The position numbers and the translations under genes were made by a program. From assembly GCA_965248755.1 (NCBI GenBank), contig OZ252149.1, forward strand, positions 4,320,001 through 4,384,000: a DNA stretch of 64,000 nt. Direction: 5' to 3'. A model generated the notes under the pieces. It searched no databases. It worked only from the letters and a program-made list of their open reading frames with translations, and had not been told where the DNA came from. Position 1 is the stretch's first letter. The number at the start of each line of letters is the position of its first letter. The DNA is from Candidatus Latescibacterota bacterium (GTDB lineage Bacteria; Latescibacterota; CBDEFO01). This document shows positions 1 to 9,010 of this stretch, piece after piece.

Positions 1-2064
1 AAGGAGAATATCGCCCAGGCTCTCAAGAGCAAGCTCCGGATCCCACTCCTCTGTGGTTCTCGTCCAGATGCGCTTAAAGTTAAACTTCTCGGTGGCCCCC
101 AGGAGGTTTTGTGCCTGGTGCGTCTCGCTTTCGAAATCCAGAAAGATGCGCTTGTGTCCTTCGACATCCCAGACCTCGACGACTAATCCCTTTGCGTCCG
201 TCCCCTCCAAGTAATGGTTCAGGCTACCGTCTGCTGTGGTCTTGTTTAGGCTGTACCAGACTGGGAGATTGAAAGCCGAAGGGCCAGATTTATCTATAGC
301 CAAAAGTCCTACATTAGCAGCTTTGGGCATCGGAAGCTCGGCAAAGCCCGGCCCCTGGCCAGATACGTTCCCTGCAAAGACGGGCTCAGGCTTGTGCCCC
401 GTTACTCGTCCTGTCTTCCATTGATTATATGCAGATTTAAGTTTATCTATATATATACGTTCGGATTCGGGCAGAAAATCGGGCAGAAGTTCTATGAACG
501 CATCGTCTATTTCTGCTAATTCTTCAGTTGTTCGCCCCTCTGTCGCGTCTCCCACCAGGTCCTGTCCCAAGCCGTACCACTTATACCCGATAATTTCAGC
601 CACCCACACCTGACGGAAAAAGGTCTTGTATGCAAAAAGATGAATCGGATTACAGTCAACGCCTTTATCGTGGCTCATCAAAAGGTGTCCGTCGTCTCCC
701 ACTTCTAATATCTTCGACGTTCCATATATTAGGCCTATATTTTTGGCCTCCTGGAGGCTCGCCTGTGCTACGTAGCGGAAGTGATTTGGCGGCGTGGTAT
801 GACCTATCTTTCCACCGCTGTCCGCCTTGATATCTGAGATAGTGAAGATGGACCGCGCGTTTGCTCTGACGACCACTCGATCTTCATGGTCAGGAATATC
901 CATGAAGCGGTGCGACAGACGTTCGGCCTCTCCAAAGGCGCGCCCTTCGGCGGTCTCGGGATTAAGGTAAGGCTCAAATTCCCCGTGCATCGTCATATAA
1001 CGGATCAGGTTCCCTGCGTCTTTTTGGAGCCTTCGGGTCTCCGGCCTGTTCTGGGAGAAGATGTCCTCAACGTCTGGCCCCTGGGGGATGCGGCCGTCGT
1101 CGTAGGATTGATACGCGTACGCTACGACCTTTACGGTTCCTTCACTTATGGCTGTACTCTTTGCCTCTTCAAAGCTTACAGGCATAAGCCCCACTCGATA
1201 TCCGCCGTCTTTGCCCCCTGGTCCGAAGTAGAACTCTGCAGTGGACTGTGTGTACTCCCCTATCGCGGGTAGTCCCGATTGAGAGCGGCCGATTAAAATG
1301 GGTGCGAAATCTCCTTCTACCATAGCGGCTGGTTCGTCTTTAAGATCTCCTTCTCCAAAGCGTACCCCAACTGCGTATACCTTGCTCAATCTCCATTCAT
1401 CGGCATCGGCAACAAGCGATTGCAGTTCATTCATCTGGCCCGGTCCAAATTCGTAGGTTCGCACTTGAGATTTAGCGGACCTGAGGTCTTGGATGCTCTC
1501 TACGAGGGCGGAAAAATAGTTTCCCTCGATGCGTCTTCCCGATCCTTTATCCGGGTTGAAAAATAGATTGAAGAGGGCGCGGTTGAAAAACCCCCAGCTT
1601 CCGTTTATGGCCTTTGCCACATAGATCGGTTCTGCGCCTCGCTCGGTGAAGGGGAAGTCCAGGTATCTTATGCCAAGGGCTTGAATCTGATCCTCAGGGT
1701 CCATGTCTATTATGCTCTTACCGTGGTCGGGCTGATAAAGTCCCATTTCATGAGCCTTTTTCAGAGCCTCTGTTGCCGCTATGCGCGCCAGCTCAGCGGC
1801 ACAAGTAGAAGGATTATCGCGGTAAGAGTTTCCGTCGAAGAAGTCCCCGTTATAAGTCGTAATATGCAGATGGAGATCCCCTCCAAAAATGTTGGTCCAC
1901 GCCCCTTTGAGCGTCCCGTTATCCACTTTGTCCCGCAAAAATTGCTCGGCTACCTGGAAGACTTCAACAGGTATATCACCGCCAAGAAGACTGCCCAGAT
2001 CTATGCTGGCAATAATGACATTTGACTGAGTCGAAGTACGGTTTTCCATTCCTTTCAATCCCAT
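1..2064 (-). CDS. Tandem fructose-1,6-bisphosphate aldolase/phosphatase (class V FBPase) family protein, 3'-partial (runs off the left edge)
   Basis: Manual translation from ATG at 2064 is open to base 1 (688 codons); absent from the ORF track. Copy 1 motifs: FTERGAEP, GRSQSGLPAIGE, GLMPVS, YMTMHGEFEP. Copy 2 (from ~850): ISDIKADSGGKIGH, VGDDGHLLMSH, YGLGQDL, FAGNVSGQGPGFAEL, DKSGPSAFNLP, EVWDV. Confidence 0.88.
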   Translation of the reverse strand, partial: MGLKGMENRTSTQSNVIIASIDLGSLLGGDIPVEVFQVAEQFLRDKVDNGTLKGAWTNIFGGDLHLHITTYNGDFFDGNSYRDNPSTCAAELARIAATEALKKAHEMGLYQPDHGKSIIDMDPEDQIQALGIRYLDFPFTERGAEPIYVAKAINGSWGFFNRALFNLFFNPDKGSGRRIEGNYFSALVESIQDLRSAKSQVRTYEFGPGQMNELQSLVADADEWRLSKVYAVGVRFGEGDLKDEPAAMVEGDFAPILIGRSQSGLPAIGEYTQSTAEFYFGPGGKDGGYRVGLMPVSFEEAKSTAISEGTVKVVAYAYQSYDDGRIPQGPDVEDIFSQNRPETRRLQKDAGNLIRYMTMHGEFEPYLNPETAEGRAFGEAERLSHRFMDIPDHEDRVVVRANARSIFTISDIKADSGGKIGHTTPPNHFRYVAQASLQEAKNIGLIYGTSKILEVGDDGHLLMSHDKGVDCNPIHLFAYKTFFRQVWVAEIIGYKWYGLGQDLVGDATEGRTTEELAEIDDAFIELLPDFLPESERIYIDKLKSAYNQWKTGRVTGHKPEPVFAGNVSGQGPGFAELPMPKAANVGLLAIDKSGPSAFNLPVWYSLNKTTADGSLNHYLEGTDAKGLVVEVWDVEGHKRIFLDFESETHQAQNLLGATEKFNFKRIWTRTTEEWDPELALESLGDILL

Positions 2065-2342
2065 GGTTTTTTCTCTCCCTAATCAAGATAATTTGACCAC
2101 ATTCCGACAGGTAATTCTACCTCAATATCGCTCTAGTGTTTGCTCCTTTTCCCAGGATCAGATAAACAAAAACCTGACGTGATAATATAAGACAATTCCA
2201 GTAAAAGGCAAGCAGTTTCTGCTTGGTGCAGGCATATTTAATTCTTTCAAAAGCGCCAGTTGAGTCGGAGCCAAGCGAGGTTTTGAGATCAAGTGTGAGA
2301 ACTGAATGATCCTATTTATTGATCTAAATACACTATTTCGAT

Positions 2343-2390
2343 GTGGCGGCTGCGTTACCCAGCCCTTGGGCGAGGGAATCTGGCACCTAC
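2343..2390 (-). repeat. Degenerate GTAG-type REP-like palindrome
   Basis: Minus strand reads GTAGGTGCCAGATTCCCTCGCCC-AA-GGGCTGGGTAACGCAGCCGCCAC; intergenic, single copy in the window. Confidence 0.35.
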
Positions 2391-2466
2391 ACTATGTTCA
2401 ATCAGTACTCGCTTACCACTGGAAAGAAAATTAAACGATCCTGGCCTGCTGTCCACGTTTCTATCT

Positions 2467-2940
2467 TTACGATGAGGCGGTCTCAGAAGACCAGGAGGCG
2501 GTCTCAGAAGACCAGCTTGGAACCACATCTTCGCCCTCAATCCAGCCTTCTCCTTTTTCCCACACCTCCTTTTTCCATATCGGAACAATCTCTTTCAAGC
2601 GATCTATCGCATATTCACAAGCTTGGAAGGCCTCCCTCCTGTGAGGTGATGCCACAGCGATAGCCACACTAGCCTCTCCTATTTCTAATCTTCCTATGCG
2701 ATGAACGATAGCCAAATCTTTTATTCCCCACTTCTCTTTAATTTCATCCGCTATCTGTTTCATCTTCGTTTCGGCCATCTCTTCGTAAGCCTGATAGTCT
2801 AAGTACCTTACACCCTTTCCAAGAGAATTGTTCCGCACCACGCCTGCAAAGGTAACAACAGCCCCGTCTTCATCTTTCCTAACCATCTTTGCAAGCGCTT
2901 CCACATCTATTTCATCTTTGACTATTTTAAACATAATCAA
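2467..2940 (-). CDS. moaE: Molybdopterin synthase catalytic subunit
   Basis: GAVVTFAGVVR, HRIGRL, SPHRREAF, PIWKKE; adjacent to moaD. Confidence 0.93.
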   Translation of the reverse strand: MIMFKIVKDEIDVEALAKMVRKDEDGAVVTFAGVVRNNSLGKGVRYLDYQAYEEMAETKMKQIADEIKEKWGIKDLAIVHRIGRLEIGEASVAIAVASPHRREAFQACEYAIDRLKEIVPIWKKEVWEKGEGWIEGEDVVPSWSSETASWSSETASS

Positions 2941-2981
2941 CCTCCAACGCAGAAGATATGACAGAGATCACATTTTTACAA

Positions 2982-3227
2982 TTAACCGCCGCTTACCGGA
3001 GGTATAAAGGCTACCTCATCCTTGTCATTTAGCTGTGCTTCAAAGTCGGTGTACTCCTTATTCAGAGCCACAAAGAGATTCCCCTTGAGGTCCGATAGTT
3101 TTGGAAATCGATAGGCGATGTGGTGCCAGAGGTCGCCTACGGTTCCTTTTTCATCTAACTCTATTTCTATCTCATCTGCGCCTACAATATCCCTGCATGA
3201 TGCGAAAAATTTTACGTTGATCTTCAA
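2982..3227 (-). CDS. moaD: Molybdopterin synthase sulfur carrier subunit
   Basis: KINVKFFAS...DEVAFIPPVSGG with C-terminal GG; start reassigned to TTG at 3227. Confidence 0.92.
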   Translation of the reverse strand: MKINVKFFASCRDIVGADEIEIELDEKGTVGDLWHHIAYRFPKLSDLKGNLFVALNKEYTDFEAQLNDKDEVAFIPPVSGG

Positions 3228-3246
3228 TTTGTCGCCCTTTGTACTG

Positions 3247-4323
3247 TCACTGATTTGTCCTTTTTCTCCCGATTTTCTCCCAAAAGGTTCTTCGATACGC
3301 CCCTTTCCGCCAACCCTCATAGCCCACGACGAAAAATATGATCGTGGCCTGAATGACATAGACCATTACCGACGAGACTCCGGCTGCTCTTTGCATGTTC
3401 CCGGCGCCTGCGTTCATAGCTCCGAACAGAAAGGAAGAGAAGATCACGCCTATGGGGTTTAATCTCCCCAAAAGGGCGACAGCAATAGCGGTATATCCGT
3501 AGCCGGGTGAGAACTTTTCGTAGAGGCGATACGTCAATCCAACTAGCTCAACAGCACCTGCTATCCCCGCAAGACCGCCGCTTATCAGCATCGCCAGTAG
3601 GATGTTTTTTTCAACCTTTATCCCTGCGTACCTGGCAGCCTGAGGGTTTAATCCCACGGACCGAATTCTGTAGCCCAAGACTGTCTTGTAGAGCAGAAAA
3701 TAGGCAAAACACGCCAAGACTAAAGCTAAAATCACGCCTGCGTGGAGACGCGTCGGAGGCGCTATTCTTGAGAGTCTTGCTGCCTCATATACAGCGTCGC
3801 TTTGGGGGAATTTGCCCGCCTTTTCCATAAGGGGGCCGTGCACGGCCCAGCTCACTATCTGGATAGCTACAAAATTGAGCATTATGGTGCTGATTACTTC
3901 CTGAACGCCCCTTTTTATCTTCAGTATTGCCGCTATGCCTGCCCATAGACCTCCAGAGATGAACGATACCAAAAGGATCAGGGGAAGGAGGATAAATCCA
4001 GGAGTAGAACTTATCGATGTCCCTATCCAGGCCGCTGAAAGTGCGCCCATATACAATTGGCCCTCAGCCCCGATGTTCCAGACGCCGGACCTGAAAGCCA
4101 AAGCTACCGCAAGCCCTGTAAAAAGCAGGGGACAGGTCTTCAACAAGGTCTCTGAGAGGCTGTATCTGCTCCCGAAGGCTCCATCTAATAGCGCCTCGAA
4201 TGCGGACGTTGGACTCTGTCCCGAAAGATAGATAATGACGCCGTTTATGATCAAAGCCGACACCACAGCGCCAAGTGGAGTCCCCAACGCCCCAACTGTC
4301 CCCCAAAGAGTTCTTCGATCCAT
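3247..4323 (-). CDS. Nucleoside/sugar ABC transporter permease
   Basis: Multiple TM segments, WNIGAEGQ, G-LNP-AARYAGI, GYGYTAIAVALLG; start taken at ATG 4323. Confidence 0.9.
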   Translation of the reverse strand: MDRRTLWGTVGALGTPLGAVVSALIINGVIIYLSGQSPTSAFEALLDGAFGSRYSLSETLLKTCPLLFTGLAVALAFRSGVWNIGAEGQLYMGALSAAWIGTSISSTPGFILLPLILLVSFISGGLWAGIAAILKIKRGVQEVISTIMLNFVAIQIVSWAVHGPLMEKAGKFPQSDAVYEAARLSRIAPPTRLHAGVILALVLACFAYFLLYKTVLGYRIRSVGLNPQAARYAGIKVEKNILLAMLISGGLAGIAGAVELVGLTYRLYEKFSPGYGYTAIAVALLGRLNPIGVIFSSFLFGAMNAGAGNMQRAAGVSSVMVYVIQATIIFFVVGYEGWRKGAYRRTFWEKIGRKRTNQ

Positions 4324-4327
4324 AACT

Positions 4328-5860
4328 TCAAGCCGCCCTTTTTTCACCCATCATCATCAAGCCTATTTCGTCCCTTGGCGTTTTGGGAGACACAATTCCC
4401 ATCAGCTTGCCTTCGAACATAATTCCTACTTTATCGCTTAAGGACAGGAGTTCGTCTAACTCCGTAGAGATCAGGAGCACAGCGCTGCCCCTTTCCCTTG
4501 CCTCCGAAAGTTTGCTATGGACGTATTGCGCCGCCGCTATATCGAGTCCCCTCGTCGGGTTCACGGCTATCAGAATATCTGGCTTTCTTGACAGCTCTCT
4601 GGCGATGACGACCTTTTGTTGATTTCCCCCCGAAAGGGAATCCGCCGAATCGTTTGGCCCTTGGGCCCGAATGTCAAAATCACGGATGGCCTGAAGGGCA
4701 AAATCCCTTATCTTCTGGCTCTTTAAGATGCCCCACTTTGAATATGGAAGATTCCCGTGTGTCCCCAAAATCAGGTTCTCCAAGAGCGAAAATCCCAATA
4801 TAAGGCCCATCTTACGCCTGTCCTGGGGTATATGCGACCCATTGTGTTCAAGCAATTTCTGAACCGACCAGTCCGTCTGTTCTTTTCCCTTAACCAGCAT
4901 CCTGCCTGAAGCTATTTTCCTCAACCCTGACAGGGCATCGGCCGTCTCGGCCTGTCCGTTTCCGTCCACTCCTCCTATGCCAAATATCTCTCCCGATCTG
5001 ATCTGAAGGCTGATTCCGCCGACGACTGGGACGCCGATTTTGTCAAGAACTTTCATATCCGCTACCTCAAGGACGACATCACCTCTCGGCACCTCCTTTT
5101 TTGTTATCTTTCGAGCGGTTTCTCGTCCTACCATCATCCGGGCTAACTTTCTTCTGTCGGTATCTTGAGACTTCATTGTCCCTATTACTTGCCCTCCCCT
5201 TAACACGGTCACCCTATCGCTTATCCTCATAACCTCGCCCAACTTGTGGCTGATGAAGACTATCGAACGCTTGTCCTTTTTGAGCTCCTCCAGTATATCG
5301 AACAGGTCTTCCACTTCTTGAGGAGTCAATACGGCTGTAGGCTCGTCCAGGATCAATATCTTGGCATCTTGATATAAGGCTTTGAGTATTTCCACACGCT
5401 GTTGAGCCCCCACAGAGAGGTCTTTCGCCAGGGCTTTGGGGTCCACCTTCAGTCCGAACCTCCCGGATAGGTCTCCCACGTCCTTTTGGGCCTCAAGTCT
5501 GTCAAGAATTATCCTCTTTAGAACATTCCCCCTACCTTCGTGTTGTACTCCTAATACGACGTTTTCTGCCACAGTGAAGACAGGGACGATCTGAAAGTGC
5601 TGGTGGATCATCCCAATTTTAGAATTTATGGCATCCTTTGGAGACTTGGGATCTATTCTTTTGCCGTTCAGGAGTATCTCTCCTGAATCTGGCCTGTAGA
5701 GGCCGTAGAGGATGTTCATCAGCGTAGTCTTGCCCGCTCCATTCTCACCCAAAAGGGAATGGATTTCGCCCTCCTCAAGTGAAAAATGGACTTCGTTCAG
5801 GGCTATGTTCGAGCCAAATTTCTTATTTATATTTTTAAGTTGCAATAGAGCCAACGTCAA
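4328..5860 (-). CDS. Nucleoside/sugar ABC transporter ATP-binding protein (two ABC domains)
   Basis: GENGAGKTT Walker A, LILDEPTAVL, LSGGNQQK. Confidence 0.93.
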   Translation of the reverse strand: MTLALLQLKNINKKFGSNIALNEVHFSLEEGEIHSLLGENGAGKTTLMNILYGLYRPDSGEILLNGKRIDPKSPKDAINSKIGMIHQHFQIVPVFTVAENVVLGVQHEGRGNVLKRIILDRLEAQKDVGDLSGRFGLKVDPKALAKDLSVGAQQRVEILKALYQDAKILILDEPTAVLTPQEVEDLFDILEELKKDKRSIVFISHKLGEVMRISDRVTVLRGGQVIGTMKSQDTDRRKLARMMVGRETARKITKKEVPRGDVVLEVADMKVLDKIGVPVVGGISLQIRSGEIFGIGGVDGNGQAETADALSGLRKIASGRMLVKGKEQTDWSVQKLLEHNGSHIPQDRRKMGLILGFSLLENLILGTHGNLPYSKWGILKSQKIRDFALQAIRDFDIRAQGPNDSADSLSGGNQQKVVIARELSRKPDILIAVNPTRGLDIAAAQYVHSKLSEARERGSAVLLISTELDELLSLSDKVGIMFEGKLMGIVSPKTPRDEIGLMMMGEKRAA

Positions 5861-6873
5861 AACTTTCCTCTAGGGACCTGAAATTCGCCCGATCTTATCT
5901 TAGCCTCCATCAGGTCTATTCTATCTCTGACGTCTTTGGGTATTCTATCCTCTAACCTGGGATTATAGGCCAAGGAAACTATCCCTTCCTTCATCCCTAA
6001 CCACATAATATCAGGTTTAAACTGTTTATCTTTCACTTTTTTTGCCACTTCTAAAAAGCTACTCGGAATGTCTAAAACAGCGCTTGCTAGGATCACTTCC
6101 GGGGCAATGTGGTTCTGATCTGCGTTTGAGCCAAAGGCATAGACGTTTGCTCTTTCCTTAACGGCCTGAAAGACACCCAGGCCCGCAGCGTCCGCATTGT
6201 GGAGGATGAAATCTGCGCCCTGATCGATAAGAGCCAGTGTCGCCTCCTTGGCCGCGCCTGCGTCCTCCCAGTTGCCTATGTAGGACTTGAGGATTTTAAA
6301 GTCGGGAACTGCATCTTTTGCTCCTCCTTCAAAGGCTATAAACGTGCTCTTGACGGAGGGAATTGCCACTCCGCCGACCACTCCAGCGACCCCTGTTTTG
6401 GACATCAAAGCCGCCATCATTCCCATGAGGTACGTCGCCTCCTCAAGTTCAAAGACCATAGGAGCCACGTTGTCCCTTACAGTACTTCCCGACGTGGTTA
6501 TAAAGACTGTGTTCACAAAATCGGGAGACACCGCCGCGGCGGCGTCCTGAAACTCGAATCCGTGTCCGAAGACTAAATCGAAGCCCCTGCTGGCGTAGTC
6601 TCTGAATCCCTCCTCAAACTCCGCAGGTGTGCCGGTTTGGACCTGACTTATCTGCGCTCCGAGTTCGTCTCTTATCCTCAAGAGTCCCTCGTAAGCTATA
6701 GCGTTCCATCCCGCATCACTGACTGGACCGGGGCTTAAAAGGGCTACCTTGAATTCTTTCTCCTCTGCTTGTTGGTCCTTTTTTGAGCAGCCGATAGCAA
6801 ACAAGAGTGAAAACAGAAGTAATACCGATAAGATAGCTCTGAAAATCGGACCCAAAACGCCTTTGTGTATCAT
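5857..6873 (-). CDS. BMP-family ABC substrate-binding lipoprotein
   Basis: Lipobox FAIGC, DAGWN-AYEGL, GHGFEF, YIGNWED; start taken at ATG 6873. Confidence 0.9.
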   Translation of the reverse strand: MIHKGVLGPIFRAILSVLLLFSLLFAIGCSKKDQQAEEKEFKVALLSPGPVSDAGWNAIAYEGLLRIRDELGAQISQVQTGTPAEFEEGFRDYASRGFDLVFGHGFEFQDAAAAVSPDFVNTVFITTSGSTVRDNVAPMVFELEEATYLMGMMAALMSKTGVAGVVGGVAIPSVKSTFIAFEGGAKDAVPDFKILKSYIGNWEDAGAAKEATLALIDQGADFILHNADAAGLGVFQAVKERANVYAFGSNADQNHIAPEVILASAVLDIPSSFLEVAKKVKDKQFKPDIMWLGMKEGIVSLAYNPRLEDRIPKDVRDRIDLMEAKIRSGEFQVPRGKF

Positions 6874-7139
6874 CGAACCTTCCCTTCTTTGCCTCTCTAA
6901 TGGACATATATAAGAGTGTAACAATTATAATAAATTTATTCTACCGGGTCAAGCCCCTTTTTCTTGGATGAGCACCTGCTCTGAGGGGGGAGGAGTGGTA
7001 CAGCGTACACTCCGCATGCGACCGGAAGAGAAAGTTGGCACCAAACAGCAGAAAGGGCGTCCTACCTAGGCTTTGTGTATAGATACATTATACTGCTCTG
7101 CTCGCTATAACGTTGCTTGCTGAAGCCTTCAATCCATGG

Positions 7140-7464
7140 CAAGTGCCTCCCGCAATGTCCCACAGCACGGTCTCGACCGCACCGATCTCGACGATCGTGC
7201 CTCCGTCGTTCCAAGAGTCTGATGTGGTGCATCTCTTGCCCATTCTGTTGGACCTGGAGAGGATCTTCTCCTGTAGGAATCTGTTCTAGTTCCCCGTCGG
7301 TCTGGACGATTGCGTCCCCTCTAGATTCAATCCGGGGATGACCAGAGACGGAGACTCGGCGTGCACAACCCCCTCGAAGCCCTCGTGCGTGTGCACCTGG
7401 ACCACGGTCTCGATCGCCCGACCGGTCTTGAAAGTAAGATCGTCTCTACTTCCGCGATCTTCAT
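7140..7464 (-). pseudogene. Frameshifted N-terminal remnant of a mandelate racemase/muconate lactonizing (enolase superfamily) gene
   Basis: Fragments in shifting frames: MKIAEVETI, VVQVHTHEGFEG, GEDPLQVQ, GAVETVLWDIAG; interrupted by a palindromic element at 7315-7338. Confidence 0.65.
7315..7338. repeat. CCCCGATTGAATCTA-GGGG palindromic element, copy 1
   Basis: tcccctctagattcaatccgggga, reverse orientation relative to the other copies. Confidence 0.7.
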
Positions 7465-7528
7465 GACTTCGTCCTTCCTGCTATTCTCCGATCATCCGTC
7501 GCTGATACTCTTTCCCGCTTGCACAACG

Positions 7529-8752
7529 CTAATCATCTTTCAAAAATATCACGAACGGAAGCCCCAATAGCATAACCGCTCCCGCAACGTAGAAGATCGT
7601 ATCGAGACCATATGCATCTCCAATGACCCCGAAGATAGGCGGCGAAGCGGCGGCGGAGAGGAAGTTTAGAGTGTAGTATAGAGCATATCCCCGACTCCGA
7701 CGCAGAGGATCAAACGTAGGCGCCAGCCCGATGTATATCACAGAGGACGTCCCGTTGAGCATAAACCCGAATACCGGCAAAAAGAGCACCATAACCCATC
7801 CCGGAGGGACCGAGGGGAGGGCGTAACAGCCGAGTATCATCAGCAACTCTGTGATCAGGATGATCCTTTTTGCTCCCAATTTCCGGATCGGCATGCCGCA
7901 CAGGAGCTTTCCGACCGCTCCGCCGAAAAAGGTCAAAGACATAAGCCACACATAGCCTGTCAGACTTACAGAGTCCCCTTTGATTCCTCTTTCGATCAGT
8001 AGAAATCCCAAAAATGCCACAGCGGCGTTCCGAACTGCAATATCGAGGAATCCGATGATGGAGTAGAGGGTAAACTGGCCCGGCCTTTTGATGCCCCAGT
8101 TGGCAAAAAAAGTTCTTCGATGCGCCTCATTTATTTTATGCTCTCTGTCCTTCAGGGCTTTCTGTCTTCTGGCGCTGATGTCGCTTCGAAAAAAGAAGAG
8201 ATACAAAAGGGACGTTAAAAGTCCGATGATCCCCAGTACAGCAAGGCTCCCTTGCCATCCAATTCTTGGGTCGATGACCAAAACTCCCGCTAAAAGGGGG
8301 AATAGCACCTTTCCAACATCTCCGGAAAAATTCAATGTTCCTATAGCCGGACCAGATTTTTCAGGCGGATAGACATTTGAGATCAGGGCGGTTCCCACAG
8401 GGTGATACGCGCCTCCCCCTATCCCGGATGCAAGTATCAGCATCAGCGTGATAGGGTAGCTGAACGCTAAAAGCAAAAGCATATAGCTCAGGCTGAACCA
8501 AGCAGTTCCTAAGCCCAGCGTTAGTATCTCTCCGATACTTTCGGACAGGAGTCCCGCCGGTATCTGAGCTGCGCTTATCGCTACGTAGCTAGCGGCCTTA
8601 AGGAGGCCGGACTGGGTGTAGTTCAGATCGAGATCGGATGCGATGAAGGGAAGTAGAAGGGCTAAACTTACAACGTAACCGTCGTTAACGATATGAAGGA
8701 GACTGCACCACCAAAGCTGTCTTTTCGGATTATATTGAATAGGTCTTTGCAT
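7529..8752 (-). CDS. MFS transporter
   Basis: About 12 hydrophobic segments; HIVNDGY, GGGAYHPVG. Confidence 0.88.
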   Translation of the reverse strand: MQRPIQYNPKRQLWWCSLLHIVNDGYVVSLALLLPFIASDLDLNYTQSGLLKAASYVAISAAQIPAGLLSESIGEILTLGLGTAWFSLSYMLLLLAFSYPITLMLILASGIGGGAYHPVGTALISNVYPPEKSGPAIGTLNFSGDVGKVLFPLLAGVLVIDPRIGWQGSLAVLGIIGLLTSLLYLFFFRSDISARRQKALKDREHKINEAHRRTFFANWGIKRPGQFTLYSIIGFLDIAVRNAAVAFLGFLLIERGIKGDSVSLTGYVWLMSLTFFGGAVGKLLCGMPIRKLGAKRIILITELLMILGCYALPSVPPGWVMVLFLPVFGFMLNGTSSVIYIGLAPTFDPLRRSRGYALYYTLNFLSAAASPPIFGVIGDAYGLDTIFYVAGAVMLLGLPFVIFLKDD

Positions 8753-8822
8753 TATTGAGAAACCTGCATCGAGTCTGGAAGGGGCCCTATCAAATCACGA
8801 TAGTGTCCAGATTATGAAGCTT

Positions 8823-8847
8823 GTCCCCGATTGATTCTATCGGGGAC
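8823..8847. repeat. CCCCGATTGAATCTA-GGGG palindromic element, copy 2
   Basis: gtccccgattgattctatcggggac, perfect 9-bp stem. Confidence 0.75.
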
Positions 8848-9010
8848 TTGACCTTTCAGTTCCGACAAGATCCCTGTAAGCCTACTCTACTTCTGGAACC
8901 GAAGTCCTTGTCTCCATACGTTGAAGGTCCTTGTCACTTTGATATGGCAGGTAATCTATTACGAAATGCTATAGCTTTCTCTATTTGCAAGCATCTTGGT
9001 TCTGTTTCCC

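Noticed and set aside
236..2025. Short + strand ORFs at 236, 630, 886 and 1681
   Set aside because: Shadows of the long minus-strand FBP aldolase/phosphatase frame
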